Assembly: GCA_963755025.1 (NCBI GenBank)
Contig: CAVWIH010000002.1
Location: 1 to 34,143, forward strand
Source of the DNA: an uncultured Actinomycetes bacterium
Lineage (GTDB): Bacteria > Actinomycetota > Thermoleophilia > UBA2241
DNA: 34,143 bases
Direction of reading: 5' to 3'
A program made the translations under genes and the position numbers. The notes under the pieces are model-generated. The model made no database searches. It had not been told where the DNA came from and saw only the letters and a list, made by a program, of their open reading frames with translations. Positions 1 through 15,902 of this stretch are shown here, piece by piece (position 1 is the first letter of the stretch; every line of letters begins with the position of its first letter).

Positions 1-2321
<2,321 letters not shown>

Positions 2322-2343
2322 AGTACACTCCGAGAGCTACACC

Positions 2344-2381
2344 CGAGTGGGGGCAGGGCGCCCGCGCCTTGCCCCCACTCG
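2344..2381 (+). terminator. 17-bp GC-rich hairpin after rpoC (possible U-less terminator or stabiliser)
   Basis: cgagtgggggcagggcg / cccg loop / cgccttgcccccactcg, one G-U pair, no U tract. Confidence 0.55.
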
Positions 2382-2397
2382 CAAACGTTGGTACACT
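2369..2397 (+). promoter_or_regulatory. sigma70/SigA-type promoter of str operon
   Basis: TTGCCC-N17-TACACT with extended -10 TG, 53 bp upstream of the rpsL ATG. Confidence 0.7.
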
Positions 2398-2450
2398 ACG
2401 CGACTGCCGTCCATAGGGTGGCCGGTCCGAACGACAATCAGGAAGGTTGC

Positions 2451-2816
2451 ATGGCCACGATCAACCAACTCGTGCGCAAAGGCCGCGAGAGCAAGGTCAA
2501 GCGGGGCAAGACCCCCGCACTCAAGGCATCGCCGCAGAAGCGGGGCGTCTGTACGCGTGTGTACACGCACACGCCCAAGAAGCCGAACTCCGCTCTGCGC
2601 AAGGTCGCGCGCGTCCGGTTGACCAACGGTATCGAGGTCACGACCTACATCCCCGGCATCGGCCACAACCTCCAGGAGCACTCCGTCGTGCTCGTCAGGG
2701 GCGGCCGCGTCAAAGACCTCCCGGGCGTTCGGTACAAGATCATCCGCGGCTCCCTCGACACGGCCGGCGTCGCCGACCGCAAGAAGGCCCGCTCCAAATA
2801 CGGCGCGAAGTCGTAG
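2451..2816 (+). CDS. rpsL: 30S ribosomal protein uS12
   Basis: [10 protein letters not shown] start, [29 protein letters not shown]. Confidence 0.99.
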   Translation: MATINQLVRKGRESKVKRGKTPALKASPQKRGVCTRVYTHTPKKPNSALRKVARVRLTNGIEVTTYIPGIGHNLQEHSVVLVRGGRVKDLPGVRYKIIRGSLDTAGVADRKKARSKYGAKS

Positions 2817-2831
2817 GGAAGGGGAGCTGTC

Positions 2832-3302
2832 ATGCCACGCCGCGGCACCGTCACTCGTAGAGAGGTCCTGCCCGACCCCGTCTACAACAACAAGCTCGTC
2901 ACGCAGGTAGTCAACAAGGTCCTGCTCGACGGCAAAAAGTCCGTCGCCGAAGGCATCGTCCACGATGCCCTTGAGATAGTCCGTTCACGCACAGGCCGCG
3001 AGCCGGTCGAGGTGCTGCAAGAGGCCATCCAGGCGCTCACGCCGCACCTCGAGGTGCGCAGTCGCCGGGTTGGCGGCGCCACCTACCAGGTGCCCGTCGA
3101 GGTGCCCGGTCGTCGTGCCCGCACGCTGGCCATCCGCTGGCTCGTCGGCTTCGCTCGCGACCGTCGCGAGAAGGTCATGGCCGAGCGGCTCGCCGGAGAG
3201 ATCCTCGACGCTCTCGCCGGCCAGGGCGGCGCCTTCAAAAAGAAGGACGACATCTTCCGCATGGCTCAGGCCAACAAGGCGTTCGCCCACTACAGGTGGT
3301 AG
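2832..3302 (+). CDS. rpsG: 30S ribosomal protein uS7
   Basis: [29 protein letters not shown]. Confidence 0.99.
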   Translation: MPRRGTVTRREVLPDPVYNNKLVTQVVNKVLLDGKKSVAEGIVHDALEIVRSRTGREPVEVLQEAIQALTPHLEVRSRRVGGATYQVPVEVPGRRARTLAIRWLVGFARDRREKVMAERLAGEILDALAGQGGAFKKKDDIFRMAQANKAFAHYRW

Positions 3303-3392
3303 GCGCCTCGCGCTCCTGAACTGGCATACGTCGCAGCAGTCCCGGGTGGGACAGCGACGCCAGAAGCAAAACCCCAAACGAATGAGCTTCAC

Positions 3393-5489
<2,097 letters not shown>

Positions 5490-5498
5490 TGGCGCGGT

Positions 5499-5528
5499 TT
5501 GCCCTTGCCAAGCCGGATTGTGTATACT
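5499..5528 (+). promoter_or_regulatory. Internal promoter for tuf
   Basis: TTGCCC-N18-TATACT in the fusA-tuf intergenic region. Confidence 0.55.
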
Positions 5529-5633
5529 GCCAGTCTTGCGGTCGGGCAGGTTCCCTCGCCGCGACCATCGACTGGGTATCACGTCCCCCTGAGTGTCCAT
5601 TGCCTTCGGGTGCCGGGATAAAGGAGTAAGTAC

Positions 5634-6839
<1,206 letters not shown>

Positions 6840-6931
6840 GAAGACGGCGTAGCGTCGATCAGTGGACGGGCGTGTCCGCGGCTTAGCAAAACGGACACGC
6901 CCGGCCACGTGAACAAGACAGAAGGCGAGAG

Positions 6932-7240
6932 TTGGCTCAGCAGAAGATACGCATCAGGTTGAAGTCCTACGATCACGAACTGATCGAACGCAGCGCGCAG
7001 TCCATCGTCGAGACGGCGCAGCGCAGTGGGGCGACTATCTCGGGTCCGGTGCCTTTGCCGACCGAGAAGAACGTGTACTGCGTCATCAAGAGTCCGTTCA
7101 AAGACAAGGATTCCCGCGAGCACTTCGAGATCCGCACGCACAAGCGGCTCATCGACATCCATCAGCCGACCCCCAAGACGGTCGACCAGCTCATGCGCCT
7201 CGACCTTCCGGCCGGCGTCCACATCGAGATAAAGCTTTAG
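6932..7240 (+). CDS. rpsJ: 30S ribosomal protein uS10
   Basis: [35 protein letters not shown]; TTG start. Confidence 0.98.
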   Translation: MAQQKIRIRLKSYDHELIERSAQSIVETAQRSGATISGPVPLPTEKNVYCVIKSPFKDKDSREHFEIRTHKRLIDIHQPTPKTVDQLMRLDLPAGVHIEIKL

Positions 7241-7244
7241 CGGT

Positions 7245-7859
7245 ATGAATGGCATCATCGGCAAAAAGGTCGGCATGACCCATCTCTTCGACGAGAACGG
7301 CAACCGCGTGGCGGTCACCGTCGTCGAAGCCGGGCCCTGTACGGTCACCCAGGTACGTACGGCCGAAAGCGACGGCTACTCGGCAGTCCAGCTCGCGTTC
7401 GAGGACTGCAAAGACAAGCAGCTCACCAAGGCCGAGCTGGGCCACCTCAAAAAGGCGGGCCTCAAACACGGCAAGCGGCACCTCGTCGAGTTCCGCGGCA
7501 TGGCCGACCTCAAGGTCGGCGACACCGTCACCGTCGAGGCCTTCGAAGACGGCCAGCACGTGAGCGTCACGGGCGTCTCCAAAGGCAAGGGCTTCCAGGG
7601 CACCGTGAAGCGTCACAACTTCGCGCGCGGCCCCGAGACCCACGGCTCGCACAACGTGCGGGCGCCGGGCTCGATCGGCGCCAGCGCCTATCCGAGCCGG
7701 GTCTTCAAGGGCAAGCGCATGTCGGGGCACATGGGCGCCGAGCGGGTCACTCAGCTCGGGCTGCGTGTCGTGGCGCGCGACCCCGAGAACAACCTGTTGC
7801 TCATCAAGGGCGCGGTTCCAGGCGCCACCAATTCAGTCGTCATCGTCAAGGGTACGTGA
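7245..7859 (+). CDS. rplC: 50S ribosomal protein uL3
   Basis: GKKVGMT, SKGKGFQGTVKRH, HGSHNVRAPGSIG. Confidence 0.98.
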   Translation: MNGIIGKKVGMTHLFDENGNRVAVTVVEAGPCTVTQVRTAESDGYSAVQLAFEDCKDKQLTKAELGHLKKAGLKHGKRHLVEFRGMADLKVGDTVTVEAFEDGQHVSVTGVSKGKGFQGTVKRHNFARGPETHGSHNVRAPGSIGASAYPSRVFKGKRMSGHMGAERVTQLGLRVVARDPENNLLLIKGAVPGATNSVVIVKGT

Positions 7860-7861
7860 TC

Positions 7862-8887
7862 GTGGCCGACGAAAAAGACAAGACTCAAGAGACCGCGCCG
7901 GCCGAAGGCGAGGCCGACACGCAGGCCAAGCCGGCCCGCGCGCCGCGCAAGCCCGCCGCCAAGCCGGCCGCCAAGGCCGCCAAGGCAGAGGCTGCCAAGG
8001 CCGACGAGCCCGACGCCACAGCCGACGTCGAGCCCGCCGCCAAGGCCGACGAAGCAGCCGACGCCGCGCCCGCCAAGCCGGCGCGCCGTCGCGCCAAGCC
8101 GGCCGCCGACACGGCGAGCAAAGACAAGGCCAAGCCCACGCGCAAGCGCGCCGCGGCCAAAGAGGCCGCTCCGGCAGCCGAGCCCGTCAAGGCCGCGCCG
8201 GCCGCGCCCAAGACGCCGCGCCAGAAGGCCGCCAAGCCGGCCCCCCGGCCCGTCGTCAACCGCGCGCCCGACGAGCGTACCGCGACTGTCTTCGACGCCG
8301 CCGGCACGCAGGTCGAGGAGATCAAGCTGAGCCCCGAGCGGTTCGGCCTGACCGCCGACATCAACCTGCTGCACCTCGCGGTGCGTTCCGAGCAGGCGGC
8401 CCGGCGCAGCGGCAGCGCGAACACCAAGACACGCGGCGAGGTCTCCGGTTCGACCGCCAAGCTGTATCGCCAGAAGGGCACCGGCCGGGCACGCGCCGGC
8501 TCGGTCAAGTCGCCCACCCGTATCGGCGGCGGCACGGCCTTCGGTCCCAAGCCGCGCTCGTACGACCTCAAGCTCAACCGCAAGGCGGCGCGCAAGGCCC
8601 TGGCCATGGCGCTCTCCGACCGTGCCGAGGGCGGCAGCATCTACGTCGCCCGCGGTCTCGAGTTCGACGAGCCCTCCACGGCCGCCATCGACAAGCTCCT
8701 CGTCGCGCTCGACCTGGCCGCCCCGGTGCTGTTCGTCACCGACGACGAGCCCGTGGTCGCCAAGTCCGCGCGCAATCTCAGGTATGCCGAGACCGGCGAG
8801 GTGCGCCGTCTCTCGGTGGAGCAGGTGCTTCGCAACCGCTCCATCGTGGTGACCGAAAAGGCGCTCTCCGTCTTGACTGGAGCATGA
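7862..8887 (+). CDS. rplD: 50S ribosomal protein uL4 with long Ala/Lys/Pro-rich N-terminal extension
   Basis: [35 protein letters not shown]; start GTG 7862 (SD-like AAGGG) or GTG 7856 overlapping the rplC stop. Confidence 0.97.
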   Translation: MADEKDKTQETAPAEGEADTQAKPARAPRKPAAKPAAKAAKAEAAKADEPDATADVEPAAKADEAADAAPAKPARRRAKPAADTASKDKAKPTRKRAAAKEAAPAAEPVKAAPAAPKTPRQKAAKPAPRPVVNRAPDERTATVFDAAGTQVEEIKLSPERFGLTADINLLHLAVRSEQAARRSGSANTKTRGEVSGSTAKLYRQKGTGRARAGSVKSPTRIGGGTAFGPKPRSYDLKLNRKAARKALAMALSDRAEGGSIYVARGLEFDEPSTAAIDKLLVALDLAAPVLFVTDDEPVVAKSARNLRYAETGEVRRLSVEQVLRNRSIVVTEKALSVLTGA

Positions 8888-8889
8888 CC

Positions 8890-9177
8890 ATGATCGAAGC
8901 CGAAAAGATCGTCATCAGGCCGATCATCTCAGAGAAGAGCTACGCTCAGATCGACCACCACAGGTACACCTTCGAGGTGCACCCCAAGGCGCACAAGACC
9001 ATGATCGCGCAAGCGGTCGAGCAGCTCTTCAACGTCAAGGTCCTCGGCGTGGCCACCTCGCACGTGCCGGCCAAGCCCAAGCGGCGCGGCTGGGCGTCGG
9101 GTCACACGACGGCCTGGAAGAAGGCCGTCGTGCAGCTCTCGCCGGCCGACAAGATCGAATTCTTCGAGGGCAGGTAA
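8890..9177 (+). CDS. rplW: 50S ribosomal protein uL23
   Basis: [33 protein letters not shown]; ATG 8890 with GGAG SD (alternative ATG 8884). Confidence 0.97.
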   Translation: MIEAEKIVIRPIISEKSYAQIDHHRYTFEVHPKAHKTMIAQAVEQLFNVKVLGVATSHVPAKPKRRGWASGHTTAWKKAVVQLSPADKIEFFEGR

Positions 9178-10016
9178 TGGGCATCAAGAGCTATAAGCCG
9201 ACCTCTCCGGGCCGGCGCTTCATGACCACCGAGACCTTCGAAGACGTCACGCGCAGCGAACCGGAGCGCTCGCTGGTCGAGCCCGTCACGCGCAAGGGCG
9301 GCCGCAACAACAACGGGCGCATCACCACACGTCACCAGGGCGGCGGCCACAAGCGCCGCTACCGGGTGATCGACTTCAAGCGCGACAAAGACGGCGTGCC
9401 GGCCAAGGTCGCCCACATCGAGTACGACCCCAACCGCTCGGCGCGTATCGCCTTGTTGCACTACGCCGACGGCGAGAAGCGCTACATCGTGGCGCCGCAG
9501 GGCCTCAAGGTGGGCGACACCGTCGAGTCGGGCGCCAAGGCCGACATCAAGGTCGGCAACGCCCTGCCGCTCGAGAACATTCCGACCGGCACGACCATCC
9601 ACAACATCGAGCTTTACCCCGGCCGCGGCGCCCAGTTCGTGCGCAGCGCCGGCACCAGCGCCCAGCTCCAGGCCAAAGAAAAGGGCTATGGGGTCGTGCG
9701 CATGCCGTCGAGCGAACTGCGCCGCATCAGCCTGGCTTGCCGGGCGACGGTCGGCGAGGTCGGCAACTCCGACCACTCCAACATCGACGGCGGCAAAGCC
9801 GGCCGCACCCGCTGGCGCGGCGTGCGTCCGACCGTGCGCGGCACGGCCATGAACCCGGTCGACCATCCGCACGGCGGCGGCGAGGGCAAGACCACCGCCG
9901 GACGCCACCCGGTCACGCCGTGGGGCGTGCCCACACTCGGTTACCGCACAAGGTCGGACCACAAGCGCTCCGACAAGCTCATCATCCGTGGCCGCAAACG
10001 CGGCAAGCATTCGTGA
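9177..10016 (+). CDS. rplB: 50S ribosomal protein uL2
   Basis: [34 protein letters not shown]. Confidence 0.99.
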   Translation: MGIKSYKPTSPGRRFMTTETFEDVTRSEPERSLVEPVTRKGGRNNNGRITTRHQGGGHKRRYRVIDFKRDKDGVPAKVAHIEYDPNRSARIALLHYADGEKRYIVAPQGLKVGDTVESGAKADIKVGNALPLENIPTGTTIHNIELYPGRGAQFVRSAGTSAQLQAKEKGYGVVRMPSSELRRISLACRATVGEVGNSDHSNIDGGKAGRTRWRGVRPTVRGTAMNPVDHPHGGGEGKTTAGRHPVTPWGVPTLGYRTRSDHKRSDKLIIRGRKRGKHS

Positions 10017-10032
10017 GGCAGGAGGAAGCCTC

Positions 10033-10311
10033 TTGAGCAGGTCAGCGAAGAAGGGTCCGTTCGTCGACGCGCGTCTCATGACACGCATCAATGCGATGAA
10101 CCAGGCCGGCCAGAAGCGCATGGTCAAGACATGGTCGCGGTCTTCGACCGTCTTTCCCGAGATGGTCGGTCACACGATCGCCGTCCACGACGGTCGCAAG
10201 CACGTACCCATCTTCATCAGCGAGTCCATGGTAGGGCACAAGCTCGGCGAGTTCGCGCTGACGCGTACCTTCCGCGGCCACGTCAAGAGCGACCGATCGG
10301 CGAGACGTTAG
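10033..10311 (+). CDS. rpsS: 30S ribosomal protein uS19
   Basis: [27 protein letters not shown]; TTG start after AGGAGG. Confidence 0.98.
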   Translation: MSRSAKKGPFVDARLMTRINAMNQAGQKRMVKTWSRSSTVFPEMVGHTIAVHDGRKHVPIFISESMVGHKLGEFALTRTFRGHVKSDRSARR

Positions 10312-10313
10312 CG

Positions 10314-10655
10314 ATGGCAGTAAAAGCACAAGCCAAATACGTGCGCATGTCGCCGCGCAAGGTCCGCGAGGTCGTCGACCTCATCCGGGGCAAGTCTGTC
10401 GCCGACGCGCGCACCACGCTGGTGTTCGCCAATCGCGGCGCATCGGGCATCGTCGCCAAGGTGTTGAACTCGGCAGTCGCCAACGCCGAGAACAACAACA
10501 GCATGTCGGCCGACGATCTCTACGTCAAAGAGGCCTACGTCGACGAAGGTCCCACGCTCAAGCGCTGGAAGTTCCGCGCCATGGGCAGGGTCAACCGGAT
10601 TCGCAAGCGCAGCAGCCACATCACCATCGCGGTCGACGAAAGGAAGCGGGCGTAG
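10314..10655 (+). CDS. rplV: 50S ribosomal protein uL22
   Basis: [39 protein letters not shown]. Confidence 0.98.
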   Translation: MAVKAQAKYVRMSPRKVREVVDLIRGKSVADARTTLVFANRGASGIVAKVLNSAVANAENNNSMSADDLYVKEAYVDEGPTLKRWKFRAMGRVNRIRKRSSHITIAVDERKRA

Positions 10656-11395
10656 TGGGCCAGAAAGTGCATCCCGGCGGCTTCCGGATCGGCGTTATCC
10701 ACGACTGGAAGTCGCACTGGTATACCGAAAAGAACTTCAAGGAGTACCTCGCCGAAGACGAGAAGATCCGCAAGCACATCTTCGGCAAGCTCGCTCACGC
10801 CGGCCTTTCGCGGATCATCATCCGCAAAGACCAGAACAACGTGACGATCGACATCCACACGGCCCGTCCGGGCATCGTGATCGGCAAGAGCGGTTCCGAG
10901 GTCGATGCGCTCCGCAAGGAGCTGCACGCCATGACCCTGAAGAACGTCCAGGTCAACATCGTCGAGGTCAAGCGTCCCGAGCTCGACGCCGTCCTCGTCG
11001 CCCAGTCCATCGCCGAGCAGCTCGAGAACCGCGTGAGCTTCAGGCGCGCCATGAAGCGGGCGCTCACCAGCGCCATCCGCTCGGGCGCGGCCGGCATGCG
11101 CGTCAAGTGCAGCGGGCGCCTGGGCGGCTCCGAGATGGCCCGCAGCGAGCACTACAGCGAGGGTCGCGTGCCGCTCCATACGCTGCGCGCCGACATCGAC
11201 TACGGGTTCAAAGAGGCCAAGACGACCTTCGGTCGGATCGGCGTCAAGGTGTGGATCAACAAGGGCGAGATCATGCCCGAAGGGTTCCCGGTCACCGGCC
11301 GTCAGCCGGAGCGCGAAGAGCCGAGTCGCGACCGCGGCGCGGGCGATCGTCGTCCCCGGCGACCGCAGACCGATCGTCCGGCGCCAAGAAGATAG
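10655..11395 (+). CDS. rpsC: 30S ribosomal protein uS3
   Basis: [32 protein letters not shown]. Confidence 0.99.
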   Translation: MGQKVHPGGFRIGVIHDWKSHWYTEKNFKEYLAEDEKIRKHIFGKLAHAGLSRIIIRKDQNNVTIDIHTARPGIVIGKSGSEVDALRKELHAMTLKNVQVNIVEVKRPELDAVLVAQSIAEQLENRVSFRRAMKRALTSAIRSGAAGMRVKCSGRLGGSEMARSEHYSEGRVPLHTLRADIDYGFKEAKTTFGRIGVKVWINKGEIMPEGFPVTGRQPEREEPSRDRGAGDRRPRRPQTDRPAPRR

Positions 11396-11407
11396 CGGGT
11401 AGGCACA

Positions 11408-11833
11408 ATGCTTCTTCCCAAGAGAGTCAAGCACCGCAAGCATCAGCGCGGCCGCATGCGCGGTCTCAGCAAGGGCGGCACCGAAGTCGAATTCGGCGAA
11501 TACGGCCTCAAGGCGCTCGAACCCGGCTGGGTCAACAACCGCCAGATCGAGGCCGCCCGTATCGCCATGACGCGCTACATCAAGCGCGGCGGCAAGGTGT
11601 GGATCAACATCTTTCCGCAGAAGCCGGTCACCAAGAAGGCGGCCGAGACCCGTATGGGCGGCGGCAAGGGCTCACCCGAAACGTGGGTCTGCGTCATCAA
11701 GCCGGGCAAGGTCATGTTCGAGCTCGCCGGAGTGAGCGAGCCGGTAGCGCGCGAGGCCATGAGACTGGCCACGCACAAGCTGCCGATCAAGTGCAAGTTC
11801 GTGACACGGGAGGCGGACCTCTTTGAAGGCTAG
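11408..11833 (+). CDS. rplP: 50S ribosomal protein uL16
   Basis: [29 protein letters not shown]. Confidence 0.99.
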   Translation: MLLPKRVKHRKHQRGRMRGLSKGGTEVEFGEYGLKALEPGWVNNRQIEAARIAMTRYIKRGGKVWINIFPQKPVTKKAAETRMGGGKGSPETWVCVIKPGKVMFELAGVSEPVAREAMRLATHKLPIKCKFVTREADLFEG

Positions 11834-12035
11834 ACAGGTTCGAGAACTCTCCGACGAGGAGCTCGAGGTGCGCATCCGCGACACCCGCAAAGAACTCTTC
11901 AACCTGCGGTTCCAGCACGCGACCGGCCAGCTCGACAACCCGCACAAGTTGACTATCGCGCGGCGCGAGATCGCCCGTCTGTTGACGGTGCACATCGAGC
12001 GCGAGCACGCACACGTAGGCGGAGGTGAGGGCTGA
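11823..12035 (+). CDS. rpmC: 50S ribosomal protein uL29
   Basis: [26 protein letters not shown]; TTG start. Confidence 0.97.
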   Translation: MKARQVRELSDEELEVRIRDTRKELFNLRFQHATGQLDNPHKLTIARREIARLLTVHIEREHAHVGGGEG

Positions 12036-12478
12036 TGCCGGCCCGCAAGTCAGATTCGGCCGGCGTGCCGGCCAAGAAGGCCTCGGCGGCTCGTAAGCCG
12101 GCGGCCAAAAAGGCGGCCGGCAAGACGTCGGCCAAGTCGGCTGCTGCTCGCAAGGCGGCCGCCGGCAAGACGGCGGCCCCGGTCGCTGTCAAGAAGCCGG
12201 TCAAGCCCGCACGGCCAGCGCCGGAGAGGGTGCCCGGACGCAAGGAGCGCCGCGGCGTCGTCGTGAGCTCCGCGATGGACAAGACCATCGTGGTGCGTAT
12301 CGACGCGGTGCGTTCGCACGAGAAGTACGGCAAGGTCGTGCGTCGCACCAGCAAACTGCACGCCCACGACGAGCACAACGTGGCCAACATCGGCGACGTC
12401 GTGCGTATCGTCGAGACTCGTCCGCTGAGCGCCACCAAGAACTGGCGGCTGCTCGAAGTGCTCGCCAAGGCAAAGTAA
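12035..12478 (+). CDS. rpsQ: 30S ribosomal protein uS17 with Ala/Lys-rich N-terminal extension
   Basis: [39 protein letters not shown]; TGATG coupling and GGAGGTGA SD. Confidence 0.97.
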   Translation: MPARKSDSAGVPAKKASAARKPAAKKAAGKTSAKSAAARKAAAGKTAAPVAVKKPVKPARPAPERVPGRKERRGVVVSSAMDKTIVVRIDAVRSHEKYGKVVRRTSKLHAHDEHNVANIGDVVRIVETRPLSATKNWRLLEVLAKAK

Positions 12479-12496
12479 GAGGCGGAGAACCAAAAG

Positions 12497-12865
12497 ATGA
12501 TCCAGACCGAGTCGAGACTGAGAGTGGCCGACAACACCGGCGCCCGCGAGATCCTGTGCATCAGGGTGCGGGGCGGTTCGCGGCGACGCTACGCCCGTGT
12601 GGGCGATGTCATCGTGGCCACGGTCAAGTCGGCGACACCTGGAGGCAGCGTCAAAAAGGGCGATGTCGTCACCGCCGTCGTGGTCCGCACCAAAAAAGAG
12701 TTCGGGCGTAAAGACGGCACCTACATCGCCTTCGACGAAAACGCCGCCGTGCTGATCGACAACCAGAACAACCCACGCGGCACGCGCATTTTCGGGCCAG
12801 TCGCGCGCGAGCTGCGCGAGCGCAATTTCATGAAGATCGTCTCTCTGGCCCCGGAAGTCCTGTAG
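12497..12865 (+). CDS. rplN: 50S ribosomal protein uL14
   Basis: [43 protein letters not shown]. Confidence 0.99.
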   Translation: MIQTESRLRVADNTGAREILCIRVRGGSRRRYARVGDVIVATVKSATPGGSVKKGDVVTAVVVRTKKEFGRKDGTYIAFDENAAVLIDNQNNPRGTRIFGPVARELRERNFMKIVSLAPEVL

Positions 12866-12895
12866 GGCCTGGGTGAGGGAGCTGAGGTCAACCAT

Positions 12896-13231
12896 ATGTC
12901 GGTAATGAAGATCCATAAGGGCGACCAGGTCATGGTCATCAGCGGCAAAGAGTCGGGCAAGAGCGGCAAGGTGCTGCGCGTCGACAAAGAGAAGCGCCGC
13001 GTGGTCATCGAACGGCTGAACATCGCCAAAAAGCACACGCGCCCGAACCCCAAGAAGAACCCGCAGGGCGGCGTGGTCGAGCAAGAGGCAGCCATCGACG
13101 CCTCCAACGTCATGCTCGTCTGCCCGGCTTGCAGCGAGTCGACCAGGGTCGGCTACCGCTTCACCGACGACGGCGTCAAGGTGCGCGTCTGCCGGCGGGC
13201 GGGCTGCGGCAAAGACATCGACAGGGCATAG
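12896..13231 (+). CDS. rplX: 50S ribosomal protein uL24
   Basis: KOW motif [28 protein letters not shown]. Confidence 0.98.
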   Translation: MSVMKIHKGDQVMVISGKESGKSGKVLRVDKEKRRVVIERLNIAKKHTRPNPKKNPQGGVVEQEAAIDASNVMLVCPACSESTRVGYRFTDDGVKVRVCRRAGCGKDIDRA

Positions 13232-13233
13232 GC

Positions 13234-13776
13234 ATGTCACGACTTAAAGAGAGATACGCAGCCGAGATCGTGCCGGCGCTCCGCGAGCGCTTCGGATACG
13301 AGAACATCATGCAGGTCCCGCGCGTCACCAAGGTCACCCTCAACATGGGTGTCGGCGAGGCCAAGACCAACGCCAAGCTGCTCGACGACGCCGTCGAAGA
13401 GATGACCCAGATCAGCGGGCAGCACCCGGTGATCACGAAGGCCCGCAAGTCGATCGCCAGCTTCAAGCTGCGCGAAGGCATGGCGATCGGCTGCAAGGTC
13501 ACCCTGCGTGGCGAGCGCATGTACGAAATGATCGACCGTCTCGTCTCTGTGGCGCTGCCGCGTATCCGCGACTTTCGCGGCATCGCGCCCGACCAGTTCG
13601 ACGGCCGCGGCAACTTCTCCATGGGCATCCGCGAGCAGACGATCTTTCCCGAGATCGACTACGACTCGGTCACCCAGATGCGCGGCATGAACATCACGAT
13701 CACGACCACCGCGACCACAGACGAAGAAGGTCGAGCCTTGCTGTCGATGCTGGGCATGCCCCTTCGTGAAAGCTAG
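13234..13776 (+). CDS. rplE: 50S ribosomal protein uL5
   Basis: [35 protein letters not shown]. Confidence 0.99.
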   Translation: MSRLKERYAAEIVPALRERFGYENIMQVPRVTKVTLNMGVGEAKTNAKLLDDAVEEMTQISGQHPVITKARKSIASFKLREGMAIGCKVTLRGERMYEMIDRLVSVALPRIRDFRGIAPDQFDGRGNFSMGIREQTIFPEIDYDSVTQMRGMNITITTTATTDEEGRALLSMLGMPLRES

Positions 13777-13786
13777 GAGTTAGCAC

Positions 13787-13972
13787 ATGGCCAAGACATC
13801 TCTGGTTGTGAAGGCCGCCCGCAAGCAGCGGTACAGCACCCGCGAATACCACCGGTGCATGCGCTGCGGTCGTGCGCGCGGTTACTTCCGTCAGTTCGGC
13901 CTGTGTCGCATCTGCCTGCGCGAGCTCGCTCACGAGGGCGTCATTCCAGGCATGACCAAGTCGAGCTGGTAA
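13787..13972 (+). CDS. rpsZ: 30S ribosomal protein uS14, short Zn-binding (type Z, C+) form
   Basis: 61 aa, RCMRCGR and CRICLRE, KSSW. Confidence 0.98.
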   Translation: MAKTSLVVKAARKQRYSTREYHRCMRCGRARGYFRQFGLCRICLRELAHEGVIPGMTKSSW

Positions 13973-13987
13973 GGGGGGCGACGAGAA

Positions 13988-14386
13988 ATGTCAATGACTG
14001 ATCCCATCGCCGATATGCTGACCCGCATCCGCAATGCGAACCAGGCAAACCACGCCGAGGTCGAGATCCCCGCTTCGCACATGAAGGCGGGCATCGCCAA
14101 GCTGTTGCTCGAGCAGGGGTACATCACCGGCATCGAGAACCGGCGCGGCGAGCATGGCGACCTGCTGGTCATCGGCCTCAAGTACGGCAAGAACCGCGAG
14201 CGCGTGATCTCCGGCATCAAGCGAGTCTCCAAGCCGGGTCGCCGCATCTACGCGCGCAAGGATCGTCTGCCGAAGGTCCTGGGTGGCCTCGGTGTCGCGG
14301 TCATCTCAACGTCACGTGGTCTCGTGACCAGCTCAGAGGCACAGCGCCTTGGGCTGGGCGGCGAGGTCATCTGCTTCGTCTGGTAG
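13988..14386 (+). CDS. rpsH: 30S ribosomal protein uS8
   Basis: [32 protein letters not shown]. Confidence 0.99.
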   Translation: MSMTDPIADMLTRIRNANQANHAEVEIPASHMKAGIAKLLLEQGYITGIENRRGEHGDLLVIGLKYGKNRERVISGIKRVSKPGRRIYARKDRLPKVLGGLGVAVISTSRGLVTSSEAQRLGLGGEVICFVW

Positions 14387-14396
14387 GGAAAGACCC

Positions 14397-14930
14397 ATGT
14401 CACGTATCGGAAAAGCTCCCATAACCGTGCCGGCCGGCGTCGAGTTCGCCAACGTGCACGGCGTAGTGACCGTCAAGGGCCCCAAGGGCGAGCTCACGCA
14501 GCGCCTGCCGCGCGAGATGATCATCACGCTCGCCGACGGCACGATCACCGTGGCCCGGCCCACCGACAGCGCCCCGCACCGGTCGCTGCACGGCCTCACG
14601 CGCACCCTCATCGCCAACATGGTGCAGGGCGTCACCGACGGCTTCGAGAAACGTCTCGAGATCGTCGGCGTCGGCTACCGCGCCAGCATGAAGGGCGCCG
14701 ACCTCGAGCTGCTGGTGGGTTTCAGCCACCCGGCCCTCGTCGTCCCGCCCGCGGGCATCGAGTTTCAGACGCCGTCGCCCCAGGTCGTCCTGGTGCGCGG
14801 CATCGACAAGCAGGCCGTCGGCGAGGTCGCGGCGCAGATCAGGCACCTGCGTCCTCCCGAGCCGTACAAGGGCAAGGGCATCCGTTATGCGGGCGAGTAC
14901 GTCGCGCGCAAGGTCGGCAAGCGCGCCTAG
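14397..14930 (+). CDS. rplF: 50S ribosomal protein uL6
   Basis: [33 protein letters not shown]. Confidence 0.99.
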   Translation: MSRIGKAPITVPAGVEFANVHGVVTVKGPKGELTQRLPREMIITLADGTITVARPTDSAPHRSLHGLTRTLIANMVQGVTDGFEKRLEIVGVGYRASMKGADLELLVGFSHPALVVPPAGIEFQTPSPQVVLVRGIDKQAVGEVAAQIRHLRPPEPYKGKGIRYAGEYVARKVGKRA

Positions 14931-14958
14931 GCGTGACGAGACCAGAAGGAACTGACGC

Positions 14959-15312
14959 ATGACTACCAAGACTACCGTCGAGGCTCGCGCCAAGAGGCGC
15001 CGCCGGATCCGCGCCAAGGTCGTTGGCAGCGCGGCGCGCCCGCGTGTCTCGGTCTTTCGTTCGAACCGGGCGATCTACGCCCAGCTCATCGACGACGCCA
15101 GCGGCACCACCCTTGCGGCGGCCCGCTCGAGCGAAGTCGACGGTGACGGACTCGACAAGTCCGGCGTGGCCAAGAAGGTCGGCATACTGCTGGCCGAGCG
15201 GGCGCGCGCCGGCAATATCGACTCGGTCGTGTTCGACCGGTCAGGTTACCTGTACCATGGGCGCGTCAAGGCGCTCGCCGAGGGCGCCCGCGAGGGCGGG
15301 CTCGTTTTCTAG
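14959..15312 (+). CDS. rplR: 50S ribosomal protein uL18
   Basis: [36 protein letters not shown]. Confidence 0.99.
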   Translation: MTTKTTVEARAKRRRRIRAKVVGSAARPRVSVFRSNRAIYAQLIDDASGTTLAAARSSEVDGDGLDKSGVAKKVGILLAERARAGNIDSVVFDRSGYLYHGRVKALAEGAREGGLVF

Positions 15313-15333
15313 CGAGAAAGTGAAGGAAGCTCT

Positions 15334-15900
15334 GTGGCCAGAACACCTGCTGATGGAGTAGAGCTCAAGGAACGCGTCGTCGACATCAACCGCGTCGCGA
15401 AAGTCGTGAAGGGCGGTCGTCGCTTCTCGTTCACCGCGCTCGTGGTCGTTGGCGACGAGAACGGCAACGTGGGCGCAGGCTACGGCAAGGCGCGTGAGGT
15501 CCCGCTGGCCATCCAGAAGGCGATCCTCGACGCCAAGAAGAACATGTTCAAGGTGCCGCGCTACCGCACGACGATCCCTCACGAGATCCTCGGCGTGTAC
15601 GGCGCCGGCCGCGTGCTGCTCAAGCCCGCCTCCGAAGGCACGGGTGTCATCGCGGCGGCCGGCGTGCGCGCCGTGCTCGAGCTGGCCGGCGTCCACGACA
15701 TCCTTACCAAATGCCTGGGCACCACCAACCCGATCAACATGGTGCGCGCCACGGTGACCGGCCTGCAGGGTCTCAAGACCCCGGCCGACGTCGCCCGCTT
15801 GCGCGGCCTGACGACAGCCCAGGTCCTCGGCCTGCCGCCTCGCGGCGCGGCCGGCGACTCCGAAAAGGCCGACGACACTCCGGCCGCCGAAGAGGCGTGA
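15334..15900 (+). CDS. rpsE: 30S ribosomal protein uS5
   Basis: [31 protein letters not shown]; GTG start. Confidence 0.99.
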   Translation: MARTPADGVELKERVVDINRVAKVVKGGRRFSFTALVVVGDENGNVGAGYGKAREVPLAIQKAILDAKKNMFKVPRYRTTIPHEILGVYGAGRVLLKPASEGTGVIAAAGVRAVLELAGVHDILTKCLGTTNPINMVRATVTGLQGLKTPADVARLRGLTTAQVLGLPPRGAAGDSEKADDTPAAEEA

Positions 15901-15902
15901 CC

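Noticed and set aside
2560-2730. Streptomycin-resistance alleles in rpsL
   Set aside because: Both key lysines (PKKPNS and RVKDLP) are wild type
7765-9177. 470 aa ORF suggesting a giant uL23
   Set aside because: The upstream part is an alternate frame of rplD; real uL23 starts at 8884/8890 with its own SD
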